A stretch of 60,679 bases of DNA, filler included, from Jimgerdemannia flammicorona (taxonomy: Eukaryota), in the NCBI GenBank assembly GCA_003990765.1. It is 2 parts of 2 records of this genome, joined end to end, with 100 filler letters (N's around TTAATTAATTAA, not from the genome) between each part and the next. Parts side by side here need not be neighbours in the genome. Positions count along the whole stretch, not along the records: positions 1 to 30,311 come from RBNJ01000450.1; 1 more part is not named here. One strand, written 5' to 3'. Positions 12,901-25,839 of this stretch are shown here, piece by piece. Each line of letters begins with the position of its first letter. Within the stretch, counting starts at the first letter, position 1. A program made the position numbers and the translations under genes. The notes beneath the pieces were generated by a model. The model had not been told where the DNA came from, searched no databases, and saw only the letters and a list, made by a program, of their open reading frames with translations.

Positions 12901-13973
12901 ATACTGCAGTACTAGTACCACAGGCTCACAAACTCATCCAGGCCAGCATATGGATATCCTCACATGAGAACTATGAGTTAGTGTACTAACACTTTGTCTG
13001 TTGGTGCCATCAACAATGTATCAATCCCTTATGAGCTTCTACTGAGCAATGCACTAACTGCTTAGCTCAGCTTTTCAAGAAAGGGATGAGCATACATCAG
13101 CTTTGGAGCATCCATACTGCCATTGGCCAGTGGACCCCCACAATGAATAGTGTTTGTTTCTCCAACCTTCTGACCATTTCCCATCTGATCCAGGGTGCTG
13201 TAAATCTTCAACCCCCTCTCTCAAAAGACAAGGCTGCCCAATGGGACATCACCACCCTTATTCAGTAGCTAGCTTCCCTGGGCCCCTATGACTCCATCCA
13301 GTGATGTGCACTCTGTGGTAAGAAAATACATACTCTTCTCACCCTATGCACCTCCTGGCAGGTGGTAAGTGATTTTGCAAAATACTAGGCAACCATCAGT
13401 TTTTGCAGTGGCATTGGCAATTGGTCTGCCAAAATGGTCCTGACTGCTGATATGATGAAGGAATATATCCCCAATGTTGCCACCAAGATCTCCCATCCCA
13501 TTCCAGCTCTCTTGGAGGACAAGAATATGTGCCCTATATACTGGGTTTTCTGCTGGGCATGTGAGATAGATCTCCTCCACCCACGGACAGACAGCGACCA
13601 CCTATTCATCAGTACATACTCTCTCCATCACAACCTTATATCTGACTGCCTTCAAAATTGGTTTTCTGAATGCATAGTGGCTGTGGGCATTGATCCAGTT
13701 TATCACCCTCACTCCATTCAGGCTGAATCCTCTACCAAAGCCCTTGAAGGAGGTATGCCCATTGATGAAGTCCTCAAGAGTGGCAATTGGAGTTCCAAAA
13801 CTACATTTGAATGCCACTATCATCTACTACACCAGATACCAGTTCTTTCACAATCTGCTCAGGCCACTTCCCGCATTTACATGGTCCTCAAATGCAAGAG
13901 AAAAGTCATGGCTGTTGGCACACCCCCAGCCAGATGCTCCACTCATATCAGATATATAAACAACCAACTCTGA
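12900..13973 (+). pseudogene. DIRS tyrosine recombinase
   Basis: ORF 13434-13973 contains HSIQAESSTKA...GNWSSKTTFECHY, the decayed H-x-x-R...W...Y C-terminal YR motif. Start approximate. Confidence 0.85.
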
Positions 13974-14829
13974 AACAGTCTGGAACAAAGCAATGCTTAG
14001 TCCTGGATGGACAAGGCACCATAGGTGCCGAAGTCTGTCCCAGACTTTATGAGCTTTGGGAGGACTGTGAAGAGTTGGTTTCCCACCCATTCCCGACCCT
14101 TTTTTCATTTTCTTTGGGTATATTTCATTTTCCTATTTTTCGGCTGTACTTCATCAGCCAGTTTTTTCCTATATTTCCCTTCGGGTGTTCCTGGCTCACA
14201 TGCCAAGCTTTCTAGGCTAAGGGACTCTGTGGGAGTCGAGACATTCTTTTATTACCATGTTTTACATGAAATGTCTCATACATATATGTCTTAGACAGAA
14301 GGAAATTCACATGTATAAACCCATGTTTAAGACAAAATAAAGCATGCCAATGCTTTCAGGATGGCAGAAACCAACTCTTCACGGTCCTCCCAAAGCTCGT
14401 AAAGTCTGGGACAGACTTCGGCGCCTATGGCGCCTCGTCCATCCGGGATCTATATGCTTACCAGGATTTTGGACATAACTCAGATCAATTAGATCTCCTT
14501 TTCGGTTTGACAATTTGACAAGGCGCGCCAAAAGAATTGTACCGCAAGAGAATTGTACAACATTGCAATTTTAGTTATAGGTGGGGGTGAAATGCCGAGA
14601 AGGCTTGCAACCCATTTTCGTCATTTTGTTCTGTCATCATCATTCCGACATCATTATCGTCTTACCTTCCGTCGTCGCTCGGCATTGTTTTACCGTCCGT
14701 CTACATTGTTTTGCTGATTATCGTCCTCTTTTTGTAGTTTGACATTGCTTTTGTAGTCCGTAACAATGAAAATTATAAGAAATGAACGTGATGATGACGA
14801 CACACACCAACGCCTAAAACACGATAGTA

Positions 14830-15170
14830 ACGGACTGCAAAACGACGGATGGACTGCAAACGATATCGCCGGATTGCAAAATAACGACGAACTGCAAAAC
14901 AACGACGAACGGCAAAACAACGACGAACTTCAAAACAACGACGAATTGCAAAGCAGCGACGAACTGCAAAACAAGACGAACTGAAAAATGACGGATTGCA
15001 AAACAACGAAGAACAACTACTAAACGATGACGATAGACTGCAAAACAATGAGGATAGACTGAAAAACAACTGCAAAAATAATGCCAAACTGTAAAACGTC
15101 AACGACGGACTTCAAAACGACGGATGGACTGCAAAACGGTGATGACGGACTGCAAAACGACTATGACGGC
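14830..15170 (-). repeat. Same minisatellite, 18-21 bp units, inverted orientation
   Basis: GACGAACTGCAAAACAAC and GACGGACTGCAAAAC copies are the reverse complement of the 7320-7752 unit. Confidence 0.88.
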
Positions 15171-15581
15171 CAACTGTTCGTATCACCTCAAATAAATGTT
15201 GAATATTTATTCACAGCTATAGTTGCATAGTTCAATAATAACCATAAGCATATTGGAATGACATTAAAAATTGTTAAAAATATTTAGGGATTACATATTC
15301 TTGACATATGGGGCTTACAGTGTGAGCCTTATAGAAACATAGAAATTTAGACATAATGTTTTGACTCCATCATATACTGTGCATGTTCGAGCTTACGATA
15401 AACGAACACTGCATTAGTTGTATATAGGAAGCACCTGAAGACCTAAGTGGAAGTTATTAGCGCGAGAAGGTCGAACGGTATGGACATAAGCATAGGCATG
15501 AAAATGAATGAAAGTAGTGCATATTATTCGTAATGTTCATTCTACTTTTAAACGAATCATACCACTAGCTAATTCAAATGT

Positions 15582-15990
15582 CTATTCGAAGTGAGGTGAA
15601 ATTTAATCAAGTGCATATCGGGTCCTCTGCTTTTTATAATAATATCTTCCACAGTGAGCCGGCCCCTATAGCCATTGTCACCAGCTCCAACTTGAACCTT
15701 TCCAACACCTCCTTAACTTGAAATGGCTCCTCGACGAATTTCTAGAAAATTTCCCAGTTTAGGCGATCGCATGTGCTGTGCTCCACTGATTTGGTCTTCA
15801 ACATCTTTCGGTTCCTACTGTCCAGTTCCGAAATTCGGGAAAGCTGCCCCAGCGTTTTTTCTTCACTGGGACGTTGTCGTGGATCACTTGAATGAAGCGG
15901 GCTATGTGCAAACCCAACACCGCCATCATAGGACTAAGATGTGCGGCACCGATGTTTTATGTGACGAAGGCAGGAGAATTTGTCACCCAT
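15582..15990 (-). pseudogene. Tandem family copy 2, frameshifted with internal deletions
   Basis: Manual translation gives MGDKFS, then after a frameshift LSPMMAVLGLHIARFIQVIHDNVPVKKKRWGSF. 3' end matches the family stop context. Shared flanks. Confidence 0.85.
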
Positions 15991-16844
15991 ATTGGATATG
16001 GAATCTAAGTTTTTTTTTTTTTTATTACAGAGCAGTGAGGGCTTGTACAGTAATTGGGTTGGGGCTCTCAAACACCTATGATGTAGATATTCTAGATCGT
16101 TTAGGCTTAAACGAATTAAATTAGAAATTAGAATTGAAACAGCACCGCAGAGGGTATTCTACTCAGAATGGTAGTGGGCCGACAGTTTGCAACTTCAAAG
16201 AGAAAATAAACGAATGAGTTCATGCACGATGTTCTACAGTGCAGCTTTCTCCTTTAATAGCTATGGTTACCCTATGAAAAATAGGAGCCAAAAAAGAAAA
16301 ATAGAGAACTGAGTTCACTACACTTGGAGGGCTAGTTCGTAGTGTTCCGATTTCTCACGTGAGTGAAATTGCTCGAACTTTCTAAGGGGAGAGTACGCGT
16401 AACCATATCTCAATGCAGATCAAATCTCCGGTCTGGCCCGATTGTACGATTAGACGATCAAACTGGAGCGGAACCCAAAATGCCGGAATTTTTATCAGAT
16501 TGGGCCATTTGTACCAGAATATTCGTATATACCTGAGAATTTATATAAGATCGTGTATATAATTACAACAGTGCGATTTTAGTTACAGATGCAAAGAAAC
16601 ATGGAGCAAGTCGCAAACCGTTGTCGTCATTTTGCTCTGTCATCCTTTCAAGCCATCATTATCGTCTTATCTTCCGTTATCGTCCGGCATTGTATTTGCA
16701 ATCCGTAGCATGAAATGAATCAACATCATAAATTAATTACTTCTTTTTCTATCGTTTAGATATCTATTGGGAAATAATGACCAAAGGAAAAACCACGTGA
16801 CGCAGACAGACATTGCCAAGAAACGCGGTGGTAACACACACGAA

Positions 16845-17240
16845 CGGATGGACTGCAAAACGCCGAATGGACTGAAAAACGACGTGGACTGCAAAACGGT
16901 GATGACAGACTGCAAAACGATGACGGCGGGCTGCAAAATAACGACGATTGCAAACTGATGATTTGCAAATGACGACGACGAACTGAAATGACGATGACGA
17001 ACTGCGCGATGACGAACTGCATAACAATGACGAACTACAAAACAACGACGAACTGCAAATATTGATTGCAAAACAACGAAGAACTGCTAAACGAAGACGA
17101 TGAACCGCAAAACGATGAGGACAGACTGCAAAACAACCGAGAAAGACTGCGAAACAATGCCGTACTGAAAAAAAAATGACGATGAGCTGCAAATCGATGG
17201 ACGGACTGTAAAAACGATGATGACGGACTGCAAAACGACA
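16845..17240 (-). repeat. Same minisatellite, inverted orientation
   Basis: Repeated GACTGCAAAACGA units. Confidence 0.88.
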
Positions 17241-17625
17241 ACTTTTCGCGCTACTCAAAAAGATTCGGAATATTTATTCATACTAATAGTTGTCTTGTTT
17301 GATATTAACCATAATGATACTAATTGTGAAAAATATTTTATGTTTACATATTCTTGACATATGGTGCTTCCAGCGCGAGACTTATAGGACCATAGATATT
17401 TTGGCATGATTCTTTGACTCGATCATATACTAAACGAGCCTTCAATACATTGCGCATAGGAGCACCTGAAGACCTAAGTGGAAGATATCAGCGCGGGAAG
17501 GTCGAACGGTATGGATATAAGCATGGGCATTAAAACGATAGTCGTGCATATTGTTTGTAATGCTGCTTGTACTTTAAAACTCTGGCAAACACGTTTAAAA
17601 CGAATGCGTTATGCACACAAAATGT

Positions 17626-18132
17626 CTATGCGAAATCGTGGAATTGGAGCTGAAACCGAATCAGGCGCATGTCGGGGCCCTCCGCCTTGGTACTGATGTC
17701 GTCCACACTAAGCTGGCCCCTATTCACCATTGTCACGAGATCCAGCTTAAAATTTTCCAACTCGGCCTCGTTCTGGTCGAAGCGTTCATCGACGAAGTCC
17801 CAGAAAATTTCCCAGGCCGGGCGGCCGCAGGCACGGCGTTCGACCAAATTGAGCCAATTCAACATCTCCTTTCGGTTCTTGTTGTCCGCGGGGTCTTTTG
17901 CCGTGACCGCCACCAGCCTCTCCGGTTCCGTGTTAGGGAACCTCAAGTCAAGCACCACGACGCTGCCCCAGTGTTTCTTCTTCACTAGGACGCGGTCGTG
18001 GATCGCCTGAATGAAGCGCGCTATGTGCACACCATACACCTCCGTCATAGGGCTAAGGCGGGATATCTTATCTTCAGGAGGTGTGCGGGACTGACGGTTT
18101 GAGGCACGATGGCAAGAGGATATGTTACCCAT
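17626..18132 (-). CDS. Uncharacterised 168-aa protein, tandem family copy 3, MGNISS N-terminus
   Basis: Intact ORF, paralogous to copies 1 and 4, CpG-rich, TATA box upstream. Confidence 0.85.
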   Translation of the reverse strand: MGNISSCHRASNRQSRTPPEDKISRLSPMTEVYGVHIARFIQAIHDRVLVKKKHWGSVVVLDLRFPNTEPERLVAVTAKDPADNKNRKEMLNWLNLVERRACGRPAWEIFWDFVDERFDQNEAELENFKLDLVTMVNRGQLSVDDISTKAEGPDMRLIRFQLQFHDFA

Positions 18133-18182
18133 GTTGGGTTCAGTGAAATGTAGAATCGTTTTGTTACAGCGTAGACAGAAAG

Positions 18183-18192
18183 GTTTATATAG
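18183..18192 (-). promoter_or_regulatory. Putative TATA box of family copy 3
   Basis: CTATATAAAC on the minus strand ~52 bp upstream of the ATG. The equivalent position near 8890-8899 in copy 1 is similar. Confidence 0.5.
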
Positions 18193-18994
18193 TTATTGGA
18201 TCGGGCTGTGTGATATTTAATTATGATGTAGACTGTATTTCAGAATTTTGACGCTTAAGCCGTATTAAATTAAATGTCAGAAGGCGTTGCATTCCTCTAA
18301 ATGGTAGTGGGCCGACTGTTTGAAACTTGTCAATAGCCAAAAAAATAAACAGCACAGCGGAGGGTGCCTCCTTAGTAGTGGGCCCACCGTTTAGAGAAAA
18401 TAAAACGAATTTAAAAAGTGCGATTTCATGCAGGGTCTGACGTTCAGCCTCCTCTTTTAATTGCTAGCCCCGGAATCCATATACGACTGGACAGTGTGGA
18501 CATGTGTAGAACTCGCTGGGTCGTGAATACATTGAGAGAAAAGACGATTAATTATTTCGCAGCAAAAATCTTAGTATCTAATAGCCACCGCATTTCTTTA
18601 ACTTTAAAGTATATGATTGGAAGCTGCCCTATATAGCCTATTCGTAATTCGTACTAGCGTCTGTCAAGGCTTTGACCATCCCCTCGGATTACAATTGGTA
18701 AAGATAACATGGATCCCAGACATGGGACATTTTTTAAAATTTGTAAATCTTGACGTTACATCGATTACAAATTTGGATAATATAATAATATCCAACGATT
18801 TCTGATATGCAGAGAATGATCTCGCTGACATACTCAAAAACCGCAAGAGTAATTGCCGCGCCGCACCCAAGCATACTATCGCCATTCAAAATCCGCACAC
18901 CACATTTTGGGAGCTCAAAAGACCGTACCCACCAACGATTTTCCGCGACACACGATTTCCTTATCCGTCCCAGCAAAAGTTGATTCTCACTCCA

Positions 18995-19265
18995 AGCGCG
19001 TCACCCCACTCAAGCTACGTCACCCCACCCCACTCAAGTCCGCGTCATCCCACTCAATTCGCGTCTAAATCCGCGTAACTCAAGTCACGTCATCCATCCG
19101 CTAGAAATTCGCGTCACCCGCAAAACGCGTCACCCGACCTGAATACGCCACCCGAAATACGTCACCAGAAACACGTCACCGATAGACGTCACCCGAAAAT
19201 GTCACCCGAAATACGTCACCCGAAAACGTCACCCGAAATACGTCACCCCGAATTAACGCCACGCA
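18995..19265. repeat. Cluster of short CpG-rich repeats (CGTCACCCGAAA-like, ~13-14 bp period in the 3' part)
   Basis: More than a dozen CGTCAC/CGTCAT/CGCCAC cores visible. Confidence 0.85.
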
Positions 19266-20213
19266 AATCGAACAGATATTGAGAGCAACATTCTAGCCCG
19301 AAATCAACATTGGAGCCAATAATCAATACCTGGCATACAGAAACTAACAGAAGCGCATTAATTTGCCGAGTGGCACATACCCCTATGGAACCCTCTATTC
19401 TCTCCGATGTATATACCCTAAGGATCTAATATTTATGCAGCGTTTCCAATCGAATTATGAAGCTAGGCTAACCAATTTACGATAATTTGAACCTTCATTT
19501 AAATAAAATACACGATTGTGGAAAATTCGAGCACGGTGCGCGTAAATATTAATCGATAATATCCGCACCTATTTCGAGAAGGGTTTGACAGTGGCCGAAG
19601 CTGTCGTTGTGGTATGACGTACATATTTCGTCCATTCGATAGCCAGCGTGGCAGCGTGGGCCGTTCCAGGCTGTCGGATATGGAGAAACTAATTTCTTCA
19701 GGGCTGATTCGTGTCAGAATTTCCCTGCGGTTCATTTCTGATGCCCCAAAGTACCCGTTCTGAGACAAAGGCTTTTTGCCCACGATGTAGCAATTTTTTT
19801 TTTTTCTATGATAGGACAAGCACTTTGGAAAATGCACGGTGGTACAGGTGCTGGCAATGGATGACGAGGTATAATTGATGGCAGTGCGTGCTTCTTCATC
19901 CATGGCGTGCAATCTGCATCCATGCATTCTGCTTGGACACCATTCTGACTGCCTACTCGCACCAGATTAGTGCTCTTGCGGATGTATCACTTTTTTTTTA
20001 TTGGTGTCGTGACATAATGCTTCAGAAACATCACTTTGCAGGACCCTCTCTGGTGTGACCTTGATGGTTTAGCCTGACGTAATAATTTCGAACCCCTGAT
20101 GCGAGCGCGGATTGGATGACCTAAACGAATAAAAGTAAAATAGCTGGGAATCGTAATGGATTGTACCTTCTACTCTTCCCGCAAACCTGCACATTCCAAC
20201 AAACCCTCAAACC

Positions 20214-23000
20214 ATGCCCTTCATCCTAAAGAGATTTATAGGAGCATTTGCGGATGTTATCGTCTGCATCCCGATGAAAGTCTTTAAGGAGGCTTCTTTC
20301 CGAGAGTTGAGCCCGGTAAGTCCGACTTGTTGCCATACACGAACCGTCGCTCACTTTTCCCGCGTTTTTCTCGCGACACCCTTTCCACCTCGCCGTGAAC
20401 GTGTCCGCAAAGTCATGTATCCACGCTTACACCATACCGTTCTTCCTCATTTATTCCACGTTCCTACAGTGACCCCACCAAGGCTCCACCAAAGTGGCTA
20501 GTGGTGCGTCCATCGGCGACGTGCTCCACGCCGATGAGCTCGACAACACTCCTGCCATGGAAAAGAAAGCCCACCTCGTCGGCGACGTTAACCCCAAGAC
20601 CAGTGCCGTTGGCGAGGAGAGACACAACGACGTCGTCGCTCAGAAGCCGAAACCGAAGTCGAATGAGCTCCCAGCCTTGCCACCTGGACCGTTCCAGGGC
20701 GAGCCATTCGTCGACATCATGCGATGCAATCGGCCAGCTGCTTTGGGTAAAGCCGACATTGTTGATATCTTTGCACTTGGTCAACAACAGCCAAAAGGAG
20801 ATAGGTTGACCATGTGTCCAAGACCATCGGTGGGAGAAGGCCGAACTCGGCAAGCCAAAGCCCATCGATGGCAACGGCAGAGACAGGAACAAAAGTGTCC
20901 AGTCCCACGGCGTGGACGTTCCATGGTGAGTCGTTCGTCAAACTCGCACGGCACTGTCCACGCGATGTCATGGGTAAGTAAGGTTTGTATATTAGTTTGA
21001 TATTATATTATTCAAACAACACTCTATGACGCCACCCCATTTTTTATATTATTTTTACTAAGAAGGCAGGGCGATCACATCAAGACCGCGGATGAACAAA
21101 CGCCGAGATTGGAACGTAAAGTATGTTGACAGGATGGCCGTCATCTCTCTGAGCTGGGTAGGTGCTATGCGCGGCGTGGTGTGGAGGTAGTAGCTCGCTT
21201 ACCTATCTTTTATGATCTATGCCACTACAAATAGTTTTGCTGATCTGGTTTTCGCTCCTCCCATGCCTGCCGCTACCTCTCTCCCTCGCACACCCTCTCC
21301 GCCCAACTATAACAATGGAGTAATAACTCCACATAACGGCGACAACTCTGACCAACCGTGACAGGCTGTCTTGAGAGCCAAAAAAGGTTAAAGCTACTGA
21401 GCGAGGAAAATGTGAGCCGCGAGAGCAAGTATCCCACCCACCGCCATAATGTCCGTTGCCAAGTGCGTGAATACATTGCTCTCTGACTTAGTCGTTCGCA
21501 GCTGAGCGTGCACCGGAGACCGTGGCAGAGTATCTCGTAACAGAGCAACTTGTCACAAGGTCCGAGGACGGAGAATCAAGTGGCTTCCTTAATTTCTTGG
21601 TGGCGACAAGTGTCGAGCAGGAGCAAGAGCCTTGAGAGCGGCGGCAGAGAGTATGGGAACTGCTGAGCAGCAGGGGAAAGAACATAAGACTGAGGAGCAG
21701 AAGGATCCGGAAAAGGCGGCCGAGGAGACGGAGCCCGTTGCAGCCATTGTCACCATTTCGACCACGCTCATCTGGTGTCACCCCTTCATATTTCCATTCC
21801 GATTCCAAAGACCATTTGCTCCACGCCCATGATAGGGGTCGAGACACAGCCACCTCGTCTCGACCTTCTCCTCGGGCAGCTTGCCACGACAATTACGGTA
21901 CATACATCCATGATAGTTGTTGAGACACTTCAGCCGGCTCTCACAACTCGTCTCGCGTGACCGCAGTGCCTACGCTCATGATGGATGTTGAGACTGTCAA
22001 GGCCGCACCCACACCGCGTCCATCTGCTCTTGAGGACAACATGAAAGGCATTGTGCCCGTTCCCGTTCGAATCCCATCACTATCCTTCAGATAATTGATA
22101 TGGATGTGGACGTGAACCCACTGCCTGTGGGGAACTCATTCGTCTACCGCCGGACCGTCTCGCCCATCCGATGCACCGTCCTCTCTCGTTGGTTCTACTC
22201 ACTGTGGCCAATGAGCAGGACCTTGTCAATCGAAGCCAATCGTCACCGTCGTCCCCGCTATTCGCTCACACCCACCGTTGTTACCTCATCATCCGGTATC
22301 ACCTCTGCGGATTCCGACTGCCAGACGCAAGGTTGCATCAACAGTAGGACGAGGTTGCTCTCCTTCGGCCTCTAATGGTGAGTACTAGCGTCCTGTGCCG
22401 AAGGTAAATCCGACTACTTGGCGCACAAACTTCCCTGGCGGAATATCACAGCCGGCGAAGCCAGCCTCGCGGCTAGGCATGACCGGCTCCGATTCCTTTC
22501 AGGTGAAACCCGCTTGGCCTGGCAATACCAATACCATTCCCATCGCCTCGTCCGGCGCCGTCAGGAGCACCACCACCACCGCCTCATCCATCTCGCCTAG
22601 TTCCCCACTCACTGTTTCCGAGAAGAGGAGATGGTGGCAGTGAATGCTGGTCGAACTGCGGTGACAAAGGCAAAAGGATGGTGGTCTGAGGGCGAGGTTT
22701 ATGGGTGGGGAAAAGAAGATGGTGGAAGTTGGTGAGGATCATGACACAATCGGAGGTCATCAACAACCAGTCTGAGGCCGTCAAGAACGAATTGTAGGTC
22801 AAGAACCAGCCGGTGGCCGTCGTGAAAGAGTTGGAGGCATTAGGAGACCGTCTGAAAATCCGTCAGACCCTATCGGGCCCCGTGAAGGACTAGTCGGACA
22901 CCGTGAAAAAAACGGTCAGACCATGTGAAAAACCTGCTGGACGTGTCCATGCTTGAGGACCCCATAAAAGAAGTTGAACTCGCATGCTGGCACTTGTGCC
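20214..23000 (+). pseudogene. Probable spliced gene remnant of unknown product
   Basis: GC-rich coding-like blocks separated by GTAAGT donors (~20315, ~20974) and acceptor-like sites (CTACAG ~20469, AT-rich tract ending ~21062). Frames are broken and no family was recognised. Confidence 0.4.
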
Positions 23001-23269
23001 TGTTCCCGTTTGTATCTCCATCATTATGCTTCCTACAATTGGTATGGATATTGATGCGAGATGAGGAACTCGTCGGTAAAGAACACGTCGGACCGAAGCT
23101 TGAATGCACCGAAGCCCATCAACAATCTGGAGCCTATGTAACACACTATATGCCAACGAAGGGTTTGTACCGGTCAATATCTGGCATTGCTTGATATTGT
23201 GTAAAATCATTTTATCCTCTAACATTATATAAAAACTAAATCTGTCTGTAATATACAAAAGATGGACTA

Positions 23270-23620
23270 AGTGATCATTGAGATGATCAAACCGTTACTA
23301 TCTCAGCTGGGTATTCGGCGATTAAAGGAAATGGCGCAGATATTGTAAATAATCTCCCCCAGAGGAGACACACTCGTGAATTCCTTTCCGAGTCTGTGGG
23401 TATCGGCAAGGGGTGGGGGGTAATGTTGTATGCCCAAAATATTTTCTTCACATGACTACCGGCGTTTGCTTGGATGTATTAGAATTATCCAGCATGGTGG
23501 ATATTCATGCAGGGAACGTAGTTATAAAAAGTACAAGGACGCGAATAAAACCATCTAGTTATATTGCTTATCGTGGCCAGACAATCTGGCAAATTGGTAT
23601 ACGGCGGGCTCAGCCTAACA
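23270..23620 (+). pseudogene. Protein kinase-like relic (TKL-type catalytic loop)
   Basis: 23493-23526 reads HG-DIHAGNVVI across a 1-nt frameshift. IWQIGI follows downstream. Confidence 0.45.
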
Positions 23621-24121
23621 GCGGCGCGAATTCTGTATTCATCTGTCTTGGATAATAGTCCTCAATCGCGTGGTTATTGCAAGCTATTTAGATTTCTTCA
23701 ATATTAGATTCAGGCCTCTTTGATAATAGTTGTGTTTGGTCTGGTGAAAATTCTGTAGTTAATACTCACGTACTTTCACACACCAAGTGCTTGAACCGGG
23801 AACAAGCACGTACCCACTTGTTGACCCCCTGGTTGCTTGCGATAATGATTGATCGCACAGCGGTGAAACTCACCAAGCAATACGAATAGCATTCGCAAGA
23901 TTTCTCAAGGCAATCGATCCAATTGAGCCAATTCATATACTCGAAAAAATTGTTAGTCAATGACGATATTGATAAAAGACAAAACTTTAACTTGCGATCC
24001 AGTTTCACATTTGGGGAAAGAAAACTTTGCATGAATAATATATTTTGTGAAAGTTGACATTACTCCCCGCTTCCTAGAGATAGAATATCAGGGGCTTCAT
24101 CAAGGAAATTCATGGGTGCAC

Positions 24122-24155
<34 letters not shown>

Positions 24156-24859
24156 AAAATTATAGAAAATGAATGCATCAACTTAAAAAAATTACAATAA
24201 CCACAAAAATTTAGATTTGGGAACATGAGTGGCTACAGAATTTAAAATGGTAGTCTACATAAGATTCCAAATCCACATCTATTTTAGTCATACCTAGACA
24301 CACTAGACACGTTGTCAGGGGCACGGGAATGCGATTTTCCGTTTCATCTTCTACGAAGCTGAATTTTGCTTAATTACCTCCAAAAGTTGTGATTTGAATC
24401 AAGACATATTGTAACGGAGAAAAACAGGAACTTGAAGGTTTGAAGGACGAATACAAGCTGAGATGTATATATTTAATACCCCTTTGAGGGCCAAAAAGAT
24501 AACATAAGGACAAAAAAGTCGGGAGGACTTAGTTCACCAAACCCGGCCCGACTTGACCCGTGTGTGTTCGATCGGACTTAAAGCTGGGCTTGTTAGATTT
24601 TCCACAAAAGGCGAAATTCATATTTGTCGATGTGGAAGGGCGCACCAACCCAAAATTCCATGCCATAGAAGAGAATTTTTACGAGAGATTGAGCCATTTT
24701 GTACCAGAATATTCTACAAGAACTCCTGCACAAGAGAATTTACATAAGATTGATACAAGACGAGCATAACTACAAGAAATAAAAACCCCTGTACAACACT
24801 TGAGAAATGCGATTTTAGTTACAAACAATGGGTACAAAGAACCACGACTTGGAGCAAGT

Positions 24860-25140
24860 CGTCGTCATTTCAAACCATCATCATAGTTTTGCCATTCGTC
24901 ACCGTTCGGCGTTGTTTTTCAGTCTATTGCTATCGGTTTGTAGTCTGTCTTTATCGTTTTGCAGTTCGGCATTGTTTTCAAAGTCTGTCCCATCGTCGTC
25001 ATTGTTTTTGGTCGTCGTTTTGTAGTCCATCGTCGTTTTGCAGTCCATCGTTTTGCAGCCCGTCGTCGTCGTTTTACAGTTTGGCATCGTTTTCCCAATC
25101 TGTCCCCGTTGTTTTGCAGTCCTTCATAATCGCTTTGCAG
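24860..25140 (+). repeat. Same minisatellite, forward orientation
   Basis: TTTTGCAGTCCATCGTCG-type units. Confidence 0.85.
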
Positions 25141-25839
25141 GCGTCGGTGTGTGTCGCCATTATCACGTCCCTTGGCAAAGTCGGTCGCTTGCGTACCTTT
25201 GCCATCATTCCTCGACCCCCTTTTAATAATTATTTCTCCATGTTTCAGAACATAGGAATGCCTGCGGAGTTGCATGTCGACATGTCCGTTTTTCTGTTAA
25301 GGACTGAAGCATCCAGTAGGGACACAATATACCTAAGCAATAGGAAAAAGAAAAGTATAGTATATGGCATTGACTTCATTCCTCGTCACGATTTCATAAT
25401 TTATGTCTCTTAATGAAACGCCGACATGGCACGTCACGTAGCGTATGAATGTACACCGTGCTTTCACACCATAGTCCCTGGGTTCGTGACAATGCATTCC
25501 CGAATGAAAAAAAGGTAGAAAAAACTGGCGTCTGGCTATTGCTTTTATTGAGTAGAAAATATATTCGAAGCAGAGTTTACAATACAACATGTCCAGCGCT
25601 TTGCATGACTTTTTGCGCTCCTCGATTTAAGCAGATTCGCCATGACAGCTTCATTTTCGCCTAGTTTTATTTGCTGGAGGCGGTGGTGAGAATAAAACCG
25701 ACTAATAGCTTGGGGCGGCCAATTCCCCAAATGACGCGCTTGACCAGGTGCTAGCTCCTTCCGGTCTCCCGGCTGAAGTCCCTTAATGAACAATGTCGTC
25801 CGCGCCGAAAACGGGCCGGCTGCAACGACGCCAACATGC

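Larger units (their letters stand above)
9619..14448 (+). mobile_element. DIRS1-like tyrosine-recombinase retrotransposon, structurally complete, coding decayed
   Basis: Left ITR 9619-9830 is inverted against right ITR 14201-14448. ICR 13962-14081 is complementary to both termini. RT, RH, MT-like and YR motifs occur in order. Confidence 0.95.

Noticed and set aside
14830..15170. CRISPR-like appearance of the repeat arrays (also 18995-19265)
   Set aside because: No unique spacers, degenerate tandem units, no cas genes, eukaryotic context.
24124..24340. Poly-T tract (and poly-A at 29252-29285) as retroposon tails
   Set aside because: No convincing TSD or recognisable element body, so left unannotated.
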